Shown piece after piece: positions 60,454 to 64,000 of a stretch of DNA of 64,000 bases. The notes beneath the pieces are model-generated. The model made no database searches and was not told the origin of the DNA. It was given only the letters and a program-made list of their open reading frames with translations. Where the stretch lies: the NCBI GenBank assembly GCA_016873515.1, contig VGXB01000003.1:248-64247 (forward strand), in the 5' to 3' direction. A program made the translations under genes and the position numbers. How positions within the stretch are numbered: the stretch's first letter is position 1; each line of letters opens with the position of its first letter. The DNA comes from Nitrospira sp. GTDB taxonomy: Bacteria; Nitrospirota; Nitrospiria; Nitrospirales; Nitrospiraceae.

Positions 60454-61321
60454 CATTTGTCGGAATCGCGCGTGTCTTGCTTGGCGGAGAAGGAGACCAT
60501 TTCCTCGGTAAAATGTCACCGCAGGATCGCTTGCTCGATGCGGGATCGTCCGCGGTTAGAGGCAGGAAAGCGCAACACCAGCTGCATTTTGGCCGGTTCC
60601 AAGAATTGGACGGCAATACGTGGTTCGGGCGACGGCAACTCGAGCAAATTAGTTTGTTCCAGCAGTTTCATCGGGCGGACCGCTTCTTCCATGAAGGGTG
60701 CGAATTCTTCCTCGGCAGCGTGCAGCAATGCCTGTTTCGCGTGTTGTCAATTGTTGTCGGCCTTGATGGGAACGGCCAGTGTGTATAAGCCATACTCCTG
60801 GTTGGGATTCTCTTTGACCAGGGGATGTGAGAACAGCAGGTTATTCAGGGAGATGGTGACTAGGTCGGTATAGAGGTGCGCCGGTTGACCCGGTCTAATT
60901 TCCAAGAGTTTCATCGCGAAGACGTTGTGAGCGAGGACCACACCACGATGTCCGGCGATTTGCACTCGATCTCCGACGGTTAAACCTTTTCGCCGATACG
61001 TAATGCTGTGCTGCTCCAGCAGAGAATGAGTTCCTTGGTGGCCGGGACCAGCGCTGCCGTCAAGGCCACCAACGAAACGGCAAACGCTCGTAGTTCGTGT
61101 GCCCAGATACTGACGAGTCCGATGAGAAATGCCAACACGATCCAGTTTTTGGTCGTGACGACCCATCGACGCGTGGCCTCCATCGAGAGGGTAGGATTTC
61201 TGGAGATCTATTGCACGATCAAGGTCTGGGTGATCCGGAGCGCAATGAGAACGATGAGAGACTTCAGGACGTCGAGGACGACCACACGGTCGATATTCAT
61301 CAAGTTGATCTGGGGTGCCAT
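60453..61321 (-). pseudogene. MscS-family mechanosensitive channel, inactivated
   Basis: TM segments, ATKELILC, VGDRVQIAGHRG, EPRI; stops at 61208, 60747 and 60516 plus a frameshift near 60990. Confidence 0.82.
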
Positions 61322-61478
61322 AGTGTGTACGCTACACCGCACGTCCATATGACGCAATTTCGCTCGCATAATTTGCCATCGCATTTTCCTGAACGAGCGC
61401 ACTGGATGTGTCCGTCTGGTTTCGGTACCTTGAAAGACCGATGAGGTGAGTTTGGGTGTCCTTCCAAGAGGGAGATTG

Positions 61479-62471
61479 ATGGGATTGAAGAGGCATGGTC
61501 GGCTCGCCCTTCTCGGTGTCCTCGTTGCTGTGTGTGTTGTCTCGACGTTTCCGTATCTCGCTCTGGCATGGGAAAGCCGGCTGGTCAGGCAGGGGCCTAT
61601 CTTGTCGCCGTCGGTAAGAATGACCAAGTCCGATTCGCCTACAGCTCCACATAAATTACCCGCGTATGCTGGAGAGCACAAATTGGCTGAGAAGCCCAAG
61701 TTTGCGGGAAACGGCAGTGCGGCACTCCCCCTGGATCCGTTCCCTCACGAGATCGTGGGAAAGGACGGCGCGCCGATGGTCTTGGTGCCTGCCGGTGAAT
61801 TTACGATGGGAAGCGACAAAGGGGATGAAGACGAATTACCCGTGCATCATGCCATCCTGAATGCGTACTACATCGATAAGTTCGAAGTGACGAATGGGCG
61901 GTTTGCCAAGTTCGTTGAGGCGATTCATAGCGAGCCGCCTTGGGGTTTTGTAGACAAGGACACGCCTGTGGTGCATGCCGAGCGGCCTGTGCGCTGGGTC
62001 AGTTGGATGGACGCGATAGGTTACTGCTTATGGGCCGGCAAGCGGCTTCCAACCGAAGCGGAGTGGGAAAAGGCTGCACGCGGAACTGATGGACGGGTCT
62101 ATCCATGGGGCAACGATTTACCGACCCCGATTCATGCGGTCTATGGAATCAAAGAAGGTGGCGAAGAGTCCATCGCAGTTATCGGCGCTCGTGACAAGGG
62201 GCAAAGCCCCTATGGTGCGTACGATTTGGCGGGGAATCTGTACGAGTGGGTAATGGATTGGTATGCCGAAGACTACTATCTGAATTTTGCTGGGCGTCCC
62301 GCGATCAATCCACGTGGTCCCGCAGAAGGCACGGTCAAGGTGCAACGCGGCGGCTCCTATATCAACAGTCCCTACCGACTGCGATCCTCCTTTCGAACGA
62401 AGGGCGATCCCAACGAGCAAGACCCGAATGTCGGCTTTCGTTGTGCCCAGGATGTGCCAAAGCTGCATTAG
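61479..62471 (+). CDS. FGE-sulfatase-domain (SUMF1-like) exported protein
   Basis: F.MGS, FEVTN, PV.WVSW.DA, RLPTEAEWEKAARG, DLAGNLYEW, RGGS, GFRC; signal peptide. Confidence 0.92.
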   Translation: MGLKRHGRLALLGVLVAVCVVSTFPYLALAWESRLVRQGPILSPSVRMTKSDSPTAPHKLPAYAGEHKLAEKPKFAGNGSAALPLDPFPHEIVGKDGAPMVLVPAGEFTMGSDKGDEDELPVHHAILNAYYIDKFEVTNGRFAKFVEAIHSEPPWGFVDKDTPVVHAERPVRWVSWMDAIGYCLWAGKRLPTEAEWEKAARGTDGRVYPWGNDLPTPIHAVYGIKEGGEESIAVIGARDKGQSPYGAYDLAGNLYEWVMDWYAEDYYLNFAGRPAINPRGPAEGTVKVQRGGSYINSPYRLRSSFRTKGDPNEQDPNVGFRCAQDVPKLH

Positions 62472-62512
62472 CCGCACAGTGGAATGGTTGTCGTGATGGC
62501 ACAAGGGTGCCC

Positions 62513-62930
62513 ATGGGCTGGAGGGTGATTGTATGGTTCTGCCGCCTCGTCCTCGGTCTGGAGTGTTTGGCGGCTACTCTTGGAAAGTCACTGGATCTTC
62601 CAGAGTTTGTCGGGATCCTTCGTATCTACCGATTCTTCACTGATTGGGCGTTCTGGCTGATCGCATTTGGCATCACTGGTCTCAAATGAGTGCTGGGGCT
62701 ATGGCTCCTGTCCGGACGGTGTCTCCAGCAGGGCGCCTTGGTTGCGTTTTCTCTGTACAGGCTCTATGCAGCCGGAATTGGTAATCACTCTTCTTCGCGG
62801 GCTCGCCCCCCCTAACTGTGGCTGCTACGGTGTCTTCTTCCCACAACCCCTGCCAGGGTATTCGCCGCTTGAAGACCTGGTGCTGGGTAGCATGCGTTAT
62901 GCATTATGGCGGTCAGAGAACCTGCCATGA
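62513..62930 (+). pseudogene. MauE/DoxX-family membrane protein, inactivated
   Basis: RLVLG...GK, TGA 62687-62689, frameshift near 62776, then LLRGL..NCGCYG. Confidence 0.75.
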
Positions 62931-63345
62931 ATCTATTGACACCTTGGTCTAATGGGTATAGGTACACAAGTACGGCCCCACATATCGAGAAGAGCGAGAG
63001 ATCGGACAGGCTGCGCAGCTGTTATCCAGGTCCCTCGCTGACTTGACGCGGAAAGGAGGGTTGAGATGGAAGACTCCACGCCACCTGGTCCGTCAGGCCC
63101 GCCGATGCAGGGGTGGGTTTCTCGTCGGTCATGCTAGAGGGTGCTCCACTGGCAGTGCCGTTTCGGCACGTGAGACTCACAAGTCTGAATATTGCCTAAA
63201 CGTGGAGTTCACTCAACGGTATGAGGAACACTGGCACCTGGGATTGACGAGGTCTCCCCCGATTGGAAATCATATCTCTCCGGCATCGTACGGGTCGAAC
63301 GGGCCGTGACAATTGATGATACGCGTCGGCGCCCTAAGCGCCATC

Positions 63346-63384
63346 CTCCGGGCGGCCTCCTGCCGTGTGCAAGGCCGCCCGGAG
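63346..63384. repeat. Perfect 13-bp inverted repeat
   Basis: CTCCGGGCGGCCT-13 nt-AGGCCGCCCGGAG. Confidence 0.7.
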
Positions 63385-63538
63385 CATATCGGTAGGCCTG
63401 TAACGATCTGGTACGTCGCGTCCCATATTATCCTTCAATCTTGGAGCGTTGAATTTCCTCTGATGCCTGCAGGCTTCGTCCATTTACGCCGGGACTTTCT
63501 TTTGTCGTAGGACTGCCCTACCATATTTCTGTGGGGGA

Positions 63539-64000
63539 GAAAACCACCAAGAAGACGCCGTTCCCTAAGGGAGTCAAGCGGCGGAGAAAACTGACCGGGA
63601 CATCGCTTGGATTAGCCCCAACGGAGTTACAAGCGGCAGCGCCGACGGGCGATGTCGCGGAACTCCATCGGGCCATTGAAGACGATGGAGGCAAGGCCCT
63701 TGCGATCTATCGTGAGCCGTACGGAGGACGTTGGCTGGTGGTGGCAGCATTGCCGATCCAGCTGGTCGAGCCGACACCCTATCAACGGAATTTGTCCGAC
63801 ACGCATGTACGAAGGTTGGAAACGGTGATTAGCAAGATTGGCCGGTTTCTCGACCCGATTATTGCCGTCCGGCTGCCGAAGCCCGATCAGGCAGCTCGAT
63901 ATTGGACTCCAAACGGGAATCATCGTCTGTCGGCGATGAAGAATCTGGGCGCGAGGAGCATCGTGTCGATCGTTGTGCCAGAGGTGGCTGTGGCCTATCA
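63539..64000 (+). CDS. ParB/Srx N-terminal-domain protein (partial; runs off the window)
   Basis: Translated by hand: ...EPTPYQRNLS...FLDPII...WTPNGNHRLSAM...; no in-frame start found (GTG 63531 is out of frame). Confidence 0.7.

Noticed and set aside
63220-63310. Transposase remnant (W...GIVRVER resembles ISAs1-type motifs)
   Set aside because: Too short; no DDE residues, terminal repeats or target duplication found.
1-64000. CRISPR array, rRNA, tmRNA, RNase P RNA, intact mobile element
   Set aside because: No regularly spaced repeats, signature sequences or intact integrase/transposase genes seen by eye.

Overview
This 64 kb window is chromosomal DNA of moderately high GC. Gene content and order suggest Nitrospira (inference only): an F0-only atpI-B-E-F operon, zapB-zapA-rny-ymdB-xseAB-tlyA, and leuS-lptE-holA/rpsT. 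About 55 genes look intact, mostly housekeeping, and there is one tRNA-His(GUG). No CRISPR array, rRNA, intact transposase or integrase was seen. Main points: (1) A long DUF692/MNIO-family di/tri-iron enzyme with an extra ~150-aa C-terminal domain overlaps a tRNA-dihydrouridine synthase gene, which in turn overlaps maf; no RiPP precursor is visible. (2) About ten accessory or stress genes are decayed (nhaR, HlyD adaptor, LOG, CBS-PilZ, a lytic transglycosylase, an exported protein, SnoaL, oxyR, mscS, mauE) while long housekeeping genes are clean, which suggests real genome erosion. (3) A ~300-nt nested-helix RNA candidate lies at the usual 6S position between zapA and rny. (4) A DHS-like/pdaD/speB polyamine cluster. 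(5) Small genes absent from the ORF track (bS22/AURKAIP1-like, a 56-aa zinc ribbon) and GCTGA heptamer repeats. All family calls come from motif recognition by eye; no database searches were run.
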